From NCBI GenBank assembly GCA_965219415.1, contig CBDCNP010000001.1:96001-160000 (forward strand): a DNA stretch of 64,000 bases, given 5' to 3'. Every line of letters begins with the position of its first letter. The stretch's first letter is position 1. A program made the translations under genes and the position numbers. Shown one piece after another: positions 32,169 to 42,202 of the stretch. The notes beneath the pieces are model-generated. The model was not told the DNA's origin. It did no database searches and saw only the letters and a program-made list of their open reading frames with translations. The stretch comes from Candidatus Marinacidobacterales bacterium (GTDB lineage: Bacteria > Acidobacteriota > Vicinamibacteria > Marinacidobacterales > DATDRI01).

Positions 32169-33323
32169 TTAAGTGTCCTTCGGGAAGCTCCCGACGGGAA
32201 AGGCCTTGACGTCACCGTTGGCGTGCGAGAACTCGAACTGGTTCTGGTAGAACTTCGGGTTCTTGCGCGTCCGCAGCTCCATCTCTATGACCTCGCCCGG
32301 CATGAACTGCTTTTGGTGCGTTCGCGAACCACTTCTCACCGCGTTGCCCTGCTCGTCGTACCAGTGCTCCGTCACCATAAACCGCGTTATCCAGTCCTTC
32401 GACACATTGCGCACCCGGATGGTGGTGATCACCTCGTCGCCTTCGACCTTTGTCTCGGGGGTGAGAATCTGAACTCTAGCGAGGCCGCGTAACTCTCGAG
32501 GCCGGTACGTTGGCTCGTTCCGGGCAGGCTGCTTGCTCTCGGCGGCGCCTTGGTTGTCGGCAACCTTCGAGGGCCCGGTGGCGTCTGCCGATTCTGAGGA
32601 TGGTTCACTCGCCTTGGCAGGCGCGGATGCCGCGGCCCGAGCCTCCGGGGTTGTCCCCTCGATGTCGAGGATGACCCAACGCGCGGGCTCGATGCGATCG
32701 CTCTCCGGCTCAGAGAGTTTGTACTTTCGAAGCACAACCCTATAGGGCAGCTCGTCGCCATCCCGGGGTTTGAGGCGGAGCAGCATTTCCGTCACCGCGA
32801 CGTCTCCGTCTAGGTTCTCGACGTTCACCTGGCGCATCACCGACTTGGTGGCGAGTCCGGTTTCACTACGTACGGCCCGTTTGAGCTCTTGAAATGTGCC
32901 TTCCTTCTCTCTGCGCTCCTCAACCAGCCTCAACCACTCCTCTTGAATCTCACCCATCTTTCCACGGAACTTGTAATCTGAACCCTCTCGCAGCTTCGAG
33001 ATGATCCGTTCGAGAGCATCCGGCTGGTCGCTGGCATACTTTTGGCCTGCCTCCACCGCGGCGTCTCGTTCCTTCGTGGCGGCCTCAAACCGGTCGAGGA
33101 GCTCCGGCAACGCGAAAGGCTCCGTTGATCGGGAGCTAACCTCGACCACCTTCCACGACTCTACCTCCACGGGAGGGCCGACGGCCGACATGGAAGCAAG
33201 CGTTGTAGGGTCGTTGGTCCGGGCGGCACGGAAGAATTGGTCTATGGTCGATTGCTCCGGACTGCCGCAGGCCCAGAGGCACGCAAGGGTCGCACTCGCG
33301 ATCCATTTCTTGAGTTTCGTCAT
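32169..33323 (-). CDS. Hypothetical lipoprotein
   Basis: AGGAGG RBS; MTKLKKW...LWAC lipobox. Confidence 0.75.
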   Translation of the reverse strand: MTKLKKWIASATLACLWACGSPEQSTIDQFFRAARTNDPTTLASMSAVGPPVEVESWKVVEVSSRSTEPFALPELLDRFEAATKERDAAVEAGQKYASDQPDALERIISKLREGSDYKFRGKMGEIQEEWLRLVEERREKEGTFQELKRAVRSETGLATKSVMRQVNVENLDGDVAVTEMLLRLKPRDGDELPYRVVLRKYKLSEPESDRIEPARWVILDIEGTTPEARAAASAPAKASEPSSESADATGPSKVADNQGAAESKQPARNEPTYRPRELRGLARVQILTPETKVEGDEVITTIRVRNVSKDWITRFMVTEHWYDEQGNAVRSGSRTHQKQFMPGEVIEMELRTRKNPKFYQNQFEFSHANGDVKAFPVGSFPKDT

Positions 33324-33531
33324 CTGATCCTCCTTTCGGAAACAGACAAACTCCGCACTTCGTGCGGGCACATTATCGTCGATGAAATCCGGCGGGTGCT
33401 GTGGGGCTCCTGGGGAGAACTCGCAGGAAGCTCCCGAGAAACAGGCGCAGCCCGAGCCAGCCTTTCCACCTGCTGACGACGTTCGGTGGCCATGGGAAAG
33501 CCTCCGACTGGTTTATGCTGGCCCAGTCAGA

Positions 33532-33564
33532 GGGAAAATAGCCCCGCACGGGCTGAAAAGTCAA
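33532..33564 (-). promoter_or_regulatory. Conserved cassette promoter, copy 3
   Basis: GGGAAAATAGCCCCGCACGGGCTGAAAAGTCAA. Confidence 0.7.
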
Positions 33565-33584
33565 AGGGGTCTCTGTCTTCAGAC

Positions 33585-33603
33585 TGTCCGTGTTTTGTCC
33601 GTG
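33585..33603. repeat. Arm-type direct repeat, family B (TGTCCGTG x2)
   Basis: 11-bp period, about 104 bp before the tRNA fragment; homolog at 44754-44770. Confidence 0.7.
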
Positions 33604-33706
33604 AACATGGAACTAAACCCGACAAAGCTGAACAAACAAAAAGCGGGAAAAGGCCTTAATTTGTTGGGATTCTTTGTTGGTGTTTGTTCCCTTTGGCAGC
33701 TTGGAA

Positions 33707-33798
33707 TGGGCCCATAACCCAAAGGTCGCAGGTTCCCGCCTTCGCTCCAACGTAGCAACATTCGGAGCTACGGCGGGCAGGCAAATCCTGCCCCCGCC
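33707..33798 (+). repeat. tRNA-fMet 3' fragment (att-like) with a 47-bp hairpin insert in the T-loop
   Basis: TGGGCCCATAACCCAAAGGTCGCAGGTTC [33736-33782] AAATCCTGCCCCCGCC. Confidence 0.92.
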
Positions 33799-34118
33799 CT
33801 ACAAACGCCTGGAACCTGTTTTTGCATCCTTCTTGTTTCTTGGAAAGGCACGTTGGGCTACCCACCCAAAGAAATATCTCAGCAAGAGACTCGCGTGGAT
33901 GTGTCCCCCCTCGGCGTCGCTGCCCGGATCTGCCCCGAAACGGACCAAGAACGCCCTGCTCAGAAGGCCGTGAAACCGAGCCAGCCACCCCGAGCGATGA
34001 GCAGCAAGCCCGTTACTCTTCCGACCGCGACGCCAGCGAGCATCACCTTCTCCATGAGAACGAACAACGCCAGGCCAACTATCCAAATTAGGTTCATTGC
34101 GCCCCCATAGAACAGGAG

Positions 34119-35377
34119 TGAAGTGACCCCGCTTTCGTGGACAGGTTAAGAGTTAGGGATTCAAGCGTCGCGATAGTACCTCCTTTCGAATTGGATAGGC
34201 GAGCAATAGTCGATGGCGGAGTGTCGTCGTCGCGGGTTGTACCAGCCTTCGATGAAATCGAAGGTCGCCATGCGCGCCTCAGCGTGGTAGCGAAACGACC
34301 GGCGCTCGATCAGCTCGCACTCGAGCGTCGCGAAGAAGCTCTCGCACATCGCATTGTCGTAACAGTCCCCGACTGAACCCATCGACGGTCGCACCCCGGC
34401 CTCCCGGCATCGCTGGCCGAACGCTAGTGACGTGTACTGCGTGCCCTGGTCCGAGTGATGGATGACGTCGCCGGGCTTGCGTTGGAACAGCGCCATGTCG
34501 AGGGCGCTCAAGACGAGCGACGTCCGCAGGTGGGTAGCCATTGCCCATCCGACGATGCGTCGGCTGAAGGCGTCCAGCACGACGGCGAGGAACAAGAAGC
34601 CCGACCACGTGGGCACGTAGGTGATATCGGCGACCCACAGGCGGTCGGGCCGGTCCACCTCGAAATTCCTGTCGACGAGATCGGGGGCGGGACGGGCGTC
34701 GTCACAGCGAATCGTAGTGTGCGCCCTCTTGCGCCGGTGAACACCTTGAATGCCAGCCTCGCGCATTAGCCGCGCTACACGCTTGCGTGAGACGTGGAGC
34801 TCGTGTGTCTCTCGTAGCTCGTGGAGAATCCTCGGCGCGCCGTACGTGCTCCGCGACGCGGTGTGAATCGCCCGGATCTTCTCAAGCAACTCCGCATCCG
34901 ACACCGCGCGGGCCGACGGGGCACGCTCAAGCCACGCATAGTAGCCGCTGGCGGAGACGTCCAGCAGTCGGCACATCGTGGCAACCGGTAGTGAATCCTG
35001 GTTCGCCCTCACGAATCGGAAGGCTTCGGTGGTACCGACTCGGTCTCCCGAGCGAACCAGGCCGCGGCTTTTGAGAGGATCTCCCGCTCCAACCGTAGTT
35101 GACGGTTCTCCCGTCGCAGGCGGCGGAGCTCCGCACGCTCCTCACTCGTCAGACCGTCCTGCCTGCGACCCTCGTCGAGATCCGCCTGGTTCACCCAGTT
35201 CCGGATCGTCTGGCCCGAGGGCTCAAACTCTCGCGCCAGCTCTTCGGAGCCGCGGCCAGCTCGCACCAGCTCTACCATTTGGCGCCGGAATTCGGCCGCG
35301 TATCTGTTTCCCTGCTTTGACATCGTGGACTCCTGTCTCCCAAAGGATTAGGTGTCCACGAAAGCGGGTCAAGTCCA
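34119..35377 (-). mobile_element. IS3-family element (orfA 35009..35323, orfB 34161..35012)
   Basis: TG...CA ends with IR; GGAG target duplication; WVADITY, HSDQG and ESFF motifs. Confidence 0.95.
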
Positions 35378-35579
35378 GGAGGGCCATTAGAAACCAACAA
35401 CACCCGAGACAGAACACACCATGCTCGATGCCCATCCTGAATGCCCCCCCGACCCCGGGCCACCAATGCGTAGACAGAAAGCTAATCGGGGACCTGCAAT
35501 GGCGCAGGCATACTGTTTTTAGTGGGGTTAGTTGCCAGACACCGGCGGCTAGCAACAAACCCGAACCCAAGAGGTTGCT

Positions 35580-37014
35580 GAAAGTGTGCCAATCTTAGTT
35601 GGGAATCGAAACGGCTCCAAACCCCGTGGTTTGATGGCGTTGGACAAAACAAAATCAAGCCGCGAAGAAAGGAGCCGAGATGGGAAGTCTGCTACGTTCG
35701 GTCAAGAAACGCAAGAAGTCGCGTCGTTTGGGTGAGGTCGAGATGGTGAGGCACGAGGATTACGGGGAACTCGTGCTGGACGCCAAGGTAGAGATGATCC
35801 GTTGGTTGGTCCCCCTTGGTCTAATGCACGTTCACGAGTTGCTCGACGACGAAGTGAAGGCGTTGGCGGGAGAGCGATACTCTCGCAAGGACGAGCTGGA
35901 GCGCGGTCGCCGTCCCGGAAGCAACCCGGGCACGGTAGGGCTTGGCGGCCAGCGGGTACCGATCCGTGTGCCACGGGTTCGGAGCATCGAGGGAGGAGAG
36001 ATTCCGCTTCGCTGCTACGAGGCGGTGAGCCACGGCGGTGAGGTGAATGATCTTCTGCTGAAACGAGTTCTCTACGGAATCTCTTGTCGCAACTACGAGG
36101 CGGCAGCGGAAGCGATTCCGGGCGCCATCGGACTGTCGAGCTCAACGGTGTCCCGAGGGTTCGTGCAAGCGAGCGCTGCGAAGCTGCGGGAGATGCAGGA
36201 ACGGGATCTGACCGGCGAGGATGTGGTGGCGCTGTTTCTGGATGGGAAGACATTCGCCGAGGCAACGATGGTCGTGGCTCTGGGCATCACGCTTTGCGGG
36301 GAAAAACGCTTCTTGGGCTTCGTGGAGACGGACACGGAGAACGCGCAGGTGTTGACGCCGTTCCTGCGTTCACTGCTCGAGCGGGGACTCGATATCTCCC
36401 AGGGTCTGCTGGTGATCATCGACGGCGGCAAGGGTCTCCAAGCGGCAGTCAAGAAGGCATTCCGTAAGCGGGCCCTGATACAACGCTGCCAGTGGCACAA
36501 ACGTGAAAACGTAGTGAGCTACCTGTCCAAGGGCGAGCAGGCGTCATGGCGCAAGCGGCTCCAGTGGGCCTACAACAGGCCGGAGTACGAAGAGGCCCTC
36601 ACTGCGCTCGAGCAACTCCACGGTGAGTTAGAAGAGCGGAACCAATCCGCAGCTGGCAGCCTGGAGGAAGGCCTCGAGGAGACGCTGACGTTGCATCGAC
36701 TCGGCGTGCACGCGGTGCTGGGCCGTTCGTTCAAGACGACGAACTGCCTTGAGTCCGTCAATGCTCTCGTCGAGGAACGCTGCGCGAAGGTCGACCACTG
36801 GAAGAACTCGAGCCAACGCCAGCGCTGGTTGGCAACGGCGCTCGTAGACATCGAACCGCGCTTGAGGAAGGTGGTGGGCTACCGCCATCTTCCCAAGCTT
36901 CGCGAAGCTCTCAAGCGGGAACTGAAGATCGAGGCGGAGACATCAACCGTATCGAAGAAGAAGGTCGCTTAAACGTGAGCCGTGGAGAGTTTCAACTAAG
37001 AATGGGCTTGACTC
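35580..37014 (+). mobile_element. IS256-family element; transposase 35680..36972
   Basis: 8-bp TSD AGGTTGCT; imperfect IRs; LFLDG, IIDG, QRCQWH and TTNCLES motifs. Confidence 0.93.
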
Positions 37015-37491
37015 AGGTTGCTTGTCGACATCATCATGGTGGATAGAAGTTCTTCGCGCTCGAGCCCCCATTGCGCAACTACCGCAACCAGACTGAACGC
37101 TCCCCACATAGCCAAATAGCCGGCGATGAACGCTGTCGTGGTCGAATGAAGTCGGTGTGGACCGGAGGTTGGCCCCGCGTTTTCACCACGCTCCAGTCCC
37201 TTTCGGGTTACCGCAGCGTGCAAAAGCACCATAGGCGCTGCGCTCGGCAGCATCATTGCAATCATCATGAGCCACCACATCGAAAACATGACAAGCGCAT
37301 AGCCGGGCGTCCACGTGACCGGTGACATCAACGTGTCTTCGGTGCGCGAGCGCCCGATCGACGCCGTCATCGTCTCGTGGCCGGGCATGCTGGCCATGCT
37401 CGGTATCGATGGGTCCATACTCATTTGGGACGGAATAAGTACGGCCATCTCGTGGGGATACATGCCGGTGCCCGCCCCGGCTAAGAGATAC

Positions 37492-38859
37492 GGATGTGTC
37501 CCGAGGTCCGTGGAAAAAGAACGGTGCCCTCCACTCCGTCATCAGAGTATCATATCAGGCGGTAACCTCCGCGTGTTCGAGAACCTCGCTCAGACGTTGG
37601 TAGCCGTCGATGCGTCGTAGTTGAATCTGGCCAGAGGCGATAAGCCCAAACAGCAAAGCGACCGCAGACTCCTCGCTGGAGAACGACGCTTGGGTTTTCG
37701 TCCGGCGTCGAAACTCGCGGTTGAGATTCTCCAGAGCTTTGGTCGTTCGAATCGATTTCCACATGGCACGAGGGAATTCGTAGAAGGTCAGCCCAGCTGA
37801 TTACCGGCCTCCTCTAGGCTTCGGACGACGGCCGGCGCGAGAGGCGTCCACTTGGCGACGAGCTCGTCATAGGCTTTGCGAGCATCGAACCCGTTCTTGG
37901 CGTAGACGATCCGGTTGTAGTCACGCCGGAGCTCACGGCGTGCGTGCGCCGGGCAATGTTGGAGCAAGTTGGCGCGCTTGTGCTCGGTACATCGCTGCAA
38001 CCGGCACCCCGGCCACTTCTCCAGCGCTTTCGTCAGCCCCTTGTGGCCGTCGCTGATCACTAGCTTGGGAGCCCGGAGTCCTCGAGCCTGGAGTCCCTCC
38101 AGCACGGAGCCCCAATGCGTCGAGGCTTCGCTCACCGCCAGACGCAATGACAACAGACGTTTGTGCCCGTCTGGCGCGACCCCGAGCGCGGCCAGTACGG
38201 GTACGCTGATCACACGTTTCGCCATCCGCACTTTCAGGTGGAAGCCGTCCAGGTAAACGATCGCGTAGACCTCCTCGCTGAGAGCACGGTTCTGCCATTC
38301 CTCGAAGCGCTCCTTCAGCCGGCTAACCACGCGAGACACCGCGCTCTTCGATAGGTGCTCCTCACCGAGCAGTGGTTTCAGCGCTTTGCGGACCCGGCGG
38401 CTATTCGCGCCCGACAAGTACGTCCCCAAGAGCGCCTCGTCGACCTCACGAGTCCGGCGCGCGTACCGGGGCAACAGCTCGCTCCTGAACTCTATCGTTT
38501 CTCCCGTTTCCTCGTCTCGCACGCGGGCTCGTGGCACCCGGAGCTCGCGAGTTCCCACCGACGTCGTCACGCGACGGGTTTCGGCTCCGTTGCGATATCC
38601 ACGGCGGTCTTCCGCACGCTCGTAGCTACAACACCCCAGCGCTTGGTCGACTTCTTCCTCGAGCACAACCTCGATCGCCTCCAGTACCCGCATACGCAGC
38701 CGAAGTTGGACGAACTCCCGGTACTCGCTTACAGACTCCTTCAATATGGTGGTAGGCTTCTTCATGGCGTAATCCTCCTCCTCGCCTTTCCAGGCGCGGT
38801 TTCGTTTTGCTTAACCGGAGGTTACGCCATTCTTATTTCCACGGAAGCGGGACGGATCC
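37492..38859 (-). mobile_element. IS256-family element; transposase 37555..38765 frameshifted near 37790
   Basis: 8-bp TSD AGAGATAC; IR GGAT..GTCCCG...CCGTGGAAA; YLDG, ISDG and QRC motifs. Confidence 0.93.
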
Positions 38860-38971
38860 AGAGATACAGCCAACATGTTGTAATGACAGTCACGAGAACG
38901 CACGTCACTACTTGCCGGTCTCGACGAAGGACCGCCTCAAGCACGTTAGAAGAATTCACGGGAGCGCGGAC

Positions 38972-39640
38972 TCATGCGCCAAGCCATGCTGTGAGCCTTG
39001 ATCTTTCGCGGACCAAGCCATCCTGATTGAAGTGGTGAACACAATAATGCGCCCATGAATCTTCGAACGCCATCTCCATATCACCCGTCACCGAGGTCGT
39101 GCCTAGTCCGATCTCTGCGTAGGTAAACTCGAAACTGCCACTAGGGCGTGCCAACGCAATGTGGAACGGTTGACCATTAAAGTCGTTGATTATCGGTCTG
39201 CCGCTGCTTCTCATGATGCCCGGTATATCAACCCTTGCGGTTCTGAGTTCCAAGTTCGCTTCGAGACCAATCGGCAGGAACAATGTCTCGCAAAATTCCG
39301 AGCATGTGGAGGCGAATACGGAGAAAAGATTGCTCAATGGTTCGCATGCGCCGCCCGAGATAATTGTTTCAAGTGCCGCCCGTTGAGCTTCATCCGCGCG
39401 TTCTTCGATAACGATCTGGCGTTTTCCGTTTCCCTCCATGATTTCCCCAGGCCACTTATACAGCGCCGCCCAATTCAGCCCGGCGAGCGGCGTATCGTTG
39501 AAATGGCCTTCAACGATGTTGCCGACGAAGGCCGACTGACAATAGCCGTGGGTGCTCGGCAAGTTGAACTGGCAACCGCAATTCACAGCGCAATTGCAGT
39601 TATCATAAGTTTCGCTCTTGAATAGCCATTGATCAGCCAT
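38972..39640 (-). CDS. DUF1326 family protein
   Basis: DNCNCAVNCGCQF...P.HGYC, WPG.I.EGNG; lies upstream of DUF2182 as in the usual gene pair. Confidence 0.88.
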   Translation of the reverse strand: MADQWLFKSETYDNCNCAVNCGCQFNLPSTHGYCQSAFVGNIVEGHFNDTPLAGLNWAALYKWPGEIMEGNGKRQIVIEERADEAQRAALETIISGGACEPLSNLFSVFASTCSEFCETLFLPIGLEANLELRTARVDIPGIMRSSGRPIINDFNGQPFHIALARPSGSFEFTYAEIGLGTTSVTGDMEMAFEDSWAHYCVHHFNQDGLVRERSRLTAWLGA

Positions 39641-39703
39641 GTCGCCGAGCCTCGCCTGACCGATGTCCGCAGTCTGAATTGTGTGCAAAGTGATTACTCC
39701 TCA

Positions 39704-39772
39704 GAAAAGTCAAAGGGGGCGACGACCACATGGATTCAACTTGCCACACTGTGCGGGAATTGTGCGGGAATG
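39704..39772. repeat. Partial islet right-end module (family A)
   Basis: GAAAAGTCAAA...GACGAC...TGGATTCAAC...TGTGCGGGAA x2, homologous to 24930-25011. Confidence 0.8.
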
Positions 39773-39969
39773 GGATGCCTCTCGTGCCAATCGGTGGCCT
39801 GTTCGTAGGCATGGCCAACGCGCAGAGCATCGCTTCGCTCAGTGGCACCAACACAGGCTTGGCCTTCGCCGGAGTGGGTAGATCGACTTTCTGGCGTCAT
39901 CGAGCGTGGGTGCCAACATCAACCTAGCCAGACGCCGGTCCGGACCTAGTTGAGGTGCCGGCGGCCGTA

Positions 39970-41510
39970 ATGAGGAGCAAGCTTCACGTGCGTAGAGGCG
40001 CCGCTCGTCCACCTCGGCAATGTGTGCGACCAACTCCGGCTCGACGCGTCGTGATTCTTGCACCAGCCCCTATAGGCGGCGGAGCTCTTGTCAATAGGTG
40101 TGTAAAAAAGTTCAGGCAGCAGCAACCTTCGACGACTCCGTTACCCTGTCTCCATCTTCAAATCGAACGCCCAGGTGAACCTCTCGCATCAGCTCCGGTG
40201 CGTTGAGCCGGCGAAAATTCTTCTCCGCAACCAGAAGCAGTTTGAAGATTGTCGCAGTGGCGGACTCGACTTTCTTGAACCTTTTGGCCGCATCCGTTCT
40301 CAATCTCAGTGCAGCGAACGGTGATTCCACGACGTTGCTCGTGCGAAGGTGTTGCCAGTGAGGCTTGGGAAAGGAATAGAAGCTGACCATCCGCTCCCAG
40401 TCCTCGTCGAGCACGTGCGCGGCCCCCGGAAGACCCTTGCGCAAGCACCAATCCTGGAACTTGGCCTTCTTCGTCTCGCACTCCTGCAGGCTGGTGGGGT
40501 AGGGGATCGCCGTCAACAGCGGCTTGGCCTGCGCCTGGTCCCTTTTCGGAATCCGGTCCAGTACGTTGAGGATTCGGTGGTTCCAGCACCGCTGCTCCTC
40601 AGCTTCTGGAAATACGTTTCGGGTCGCGGCCCAGATGCCGAGATGACCGTCACCGATCACCAAACGGGGACATCTCAGACCGCGCTTCTTCAGTCTCCGT
40701 AGCAGCGACGACCATGACGCTTCGGATTCTCGATGCCCGGCCTCCAGCGTCAGGACGATTTTCGTCCCGTCGGACAGGCCACCAACCGCAACTAGCACCG
40801 CCGCCTTGTCCTTCTCAAGGCCGGCCTTCACGTACACGCCATCTACCCACAGGGACACGAGCTCGAGTTCGTCCAGTGGGCGAGCTAGCCACTGCTCGTA
40901 CTCTCCCTGCCATTTCTGTTTCAGCCGCGACACCGTGCTGGGAGAAAGTGGAGCGTCCTCCCCTAGAAGCCCGCGGAGCGCCAAATCGAAATCTCCGTGA
41001 GCTAGTCCATGCAGGTACAGCTCCGGAATCAACTCGCTCACCGTTTCGCTCCGACGCTTGAACAGCGGAAGCACTCGACTTTCGAACCTCTCCTCCACGT
41101 CCCGTACTCTCGGCCGGCGAACCGTCACCGTGCCCACGCTCATCGTCAGCTTCCGAGGCTTACCGTATCCATTTCGATAGCCCGCCGTTGTGTCCACGGG
41201 CTTCCGTCTCTCCGATTTCTCACGCCCGAGAAGCTCCGTGACTTCGGCTACCATCAGCTCCTGCACCCAATCCTGGATCTCGAGCCTCGCCCACTTCTCC
41301 AGCGACTCCCAAGCCACCCTTGACGAGCTCCGTCGTCCTGTGGTCTTTTCCTTCATGGCGGTGTCTCCTTCCGTTGGCCCCTTCACGCCGTGTTTCGTGA
41401 CGCGGAAGGTTACTCCGCCTTTACTTTATTTCCACACCTTCTGAGGGTAGCTCAGGCGGCGAAGGAGCTCATCATCTGAAATAGTCGAAATCGATTTCAA
41501 TATTCGGATG
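39970..41510 (-). pseudogene. N-terminal remnant of a second DUF222-like/HNH gene split by IS256
   Basis: ILKSISTISDDELLRRL |IS| QESRRVEPELVAHIAEVDERRLYAREACS; paralog of 30804..31739. Confidence 0.8.
40082..41453 (-). mobile_element. IS256-family element; transposase 40112..41386
   Basis: 8-bp TSD AGGCGGCG; IR GAGCT...AGGTGTG.AAA; WVDG, IGDG, QRCWNH and TSNVVES motifs. Confidence 0.94.
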
Positions 41511-41551
41511 GAGTTGCCTCTAAGGATCTGACTCCAGCACCACCGCTCTGC

Positions 41552-41767
41552 TCAGCGCAGTTTCTGAAAGTCATCGAGCGACATGCCCAGCTGCCGCAGA
41601 ATCTTCTGGAATAGGGGTGGGCCGATTTCTTTGCCACCGTGGATTGGAATCGTTACAGCGCGGCCATCCGGATGATTCCACCGTTCGTGGCCACCCGTCT
41701 GGCGAGACTTGGTGAATCCTAGCTTGCTCGCTACCTTCCGGAATTCCCGGGCGGTAGCGCTAGGCAT
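41552..41767 (-). CDS. hicA: HicA-family toxin
   Basis: 71 aa; GF...RQTGGHERW.HPDGRAVTIP.H. Confidence 0.88.
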   Translation of the reverse strand: MPSATAREFRKVASKLGFTKSRQTGGHERWNHPDGRAVTIPIHGGKEIGPPLFQKILRQLGMSLDDFQKLR

Positions 41768-41972
41768 TTACGATTTCGGTAGTATCGTCTGGGAGGGGTT
41801 GTCCCTTATCCCGGTACTCCTCTGCGATCAACTCGAACACGTGTGCCAACTCCGACAAGGCCTCTGCTCGTGTCGGCATGAGCGCATAGCAGCCAGGAAT
41901 TGCAGGAACCTCCGCCACCCAGGAGCCGTCTTCCTGCCTGTAGAGGACCGTCTTATAGTCATCGAGAGTCAT
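41760..41972 (-). CDS. hicB: HicB-family antitoxin (short form, no DNA-binding domain)
   Basis: 70 aa; EDGSWVAEVPAIPGC...T.AEAL; overlaps the hicA start. Confidence 0.88.
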   Translation of the reverse strand: MTLDDYKTVLYRQEDGSWVAEVPAIPGCYALMPTRAEALSELAHVFELIAEEYRDKGQPLPDDTTEIVNA

Positions 41973-41981
41973 CTGTCTCTC

Positions 41982-42010
41982 AGCATAGCATCGCTTTCGG
42001 GCCCTCTCAA
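41982..42010 (-). promoter_or_regulatory. Putative hicBA promoter, near-leaderless
   Basis: TTGAGA-17 bp-TATGCT, 9 bp before the ATG; no obvious SD. Confidence 0.55.
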
Positions 42011-42033
42011 ACAAGGCGCCCTTATGGCCCCCC

Positions 42034-42088
42034 CATAACCAAAAGGTCCCTGGGTTCAAATCCTGCCCCCGCCATCAACTTCTTTCCC
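42034..42088 (+). repeat. tRNA-fMet 3' fragment (att-like), uninterrupted but mutated
   Basis: CATAACCAAAAGGTCCCTGGGTTCAAATCCTGCCCCCGCCATCAACTTCTTTCC; similarity to the tRNA locus extends about 10 bp past CCA. Confidence 0.9.
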
Positions 42089-42202
42089 AAACAAAACAAA
42101 GAGTTGCGCGGGTTTGCTCGGAGGGATTTTTTCTACGGCTTGCTGCGCTTTTGTGCAGTCGCGATTCCGGGCCGAGCCTGCTCGTCGTCCCGCGGGTTCT
42201 CT

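Larger units (their letters stand above)
33960..38959 (-). pseudogene. DUF2182 metal-binding membrane protein split by three IS insertions
   Basis: The pieces LEAVLRRDR...WLYL | MWWLMMIAMMLPSAAP | WQLTPLKTVCLRHCRSP...CLGCCWFLMAL | LFYGGAMNL rejoin once the ISs are removed. Confidence 0.9.

Noticed and set aside
25116-42088. tRNA fragments as functional, intron-containing or split tRNAs
   Set aside because: The 5' halves are absent, the acceptor ends are damaged, and the inserts are too short for self-splicing introns.
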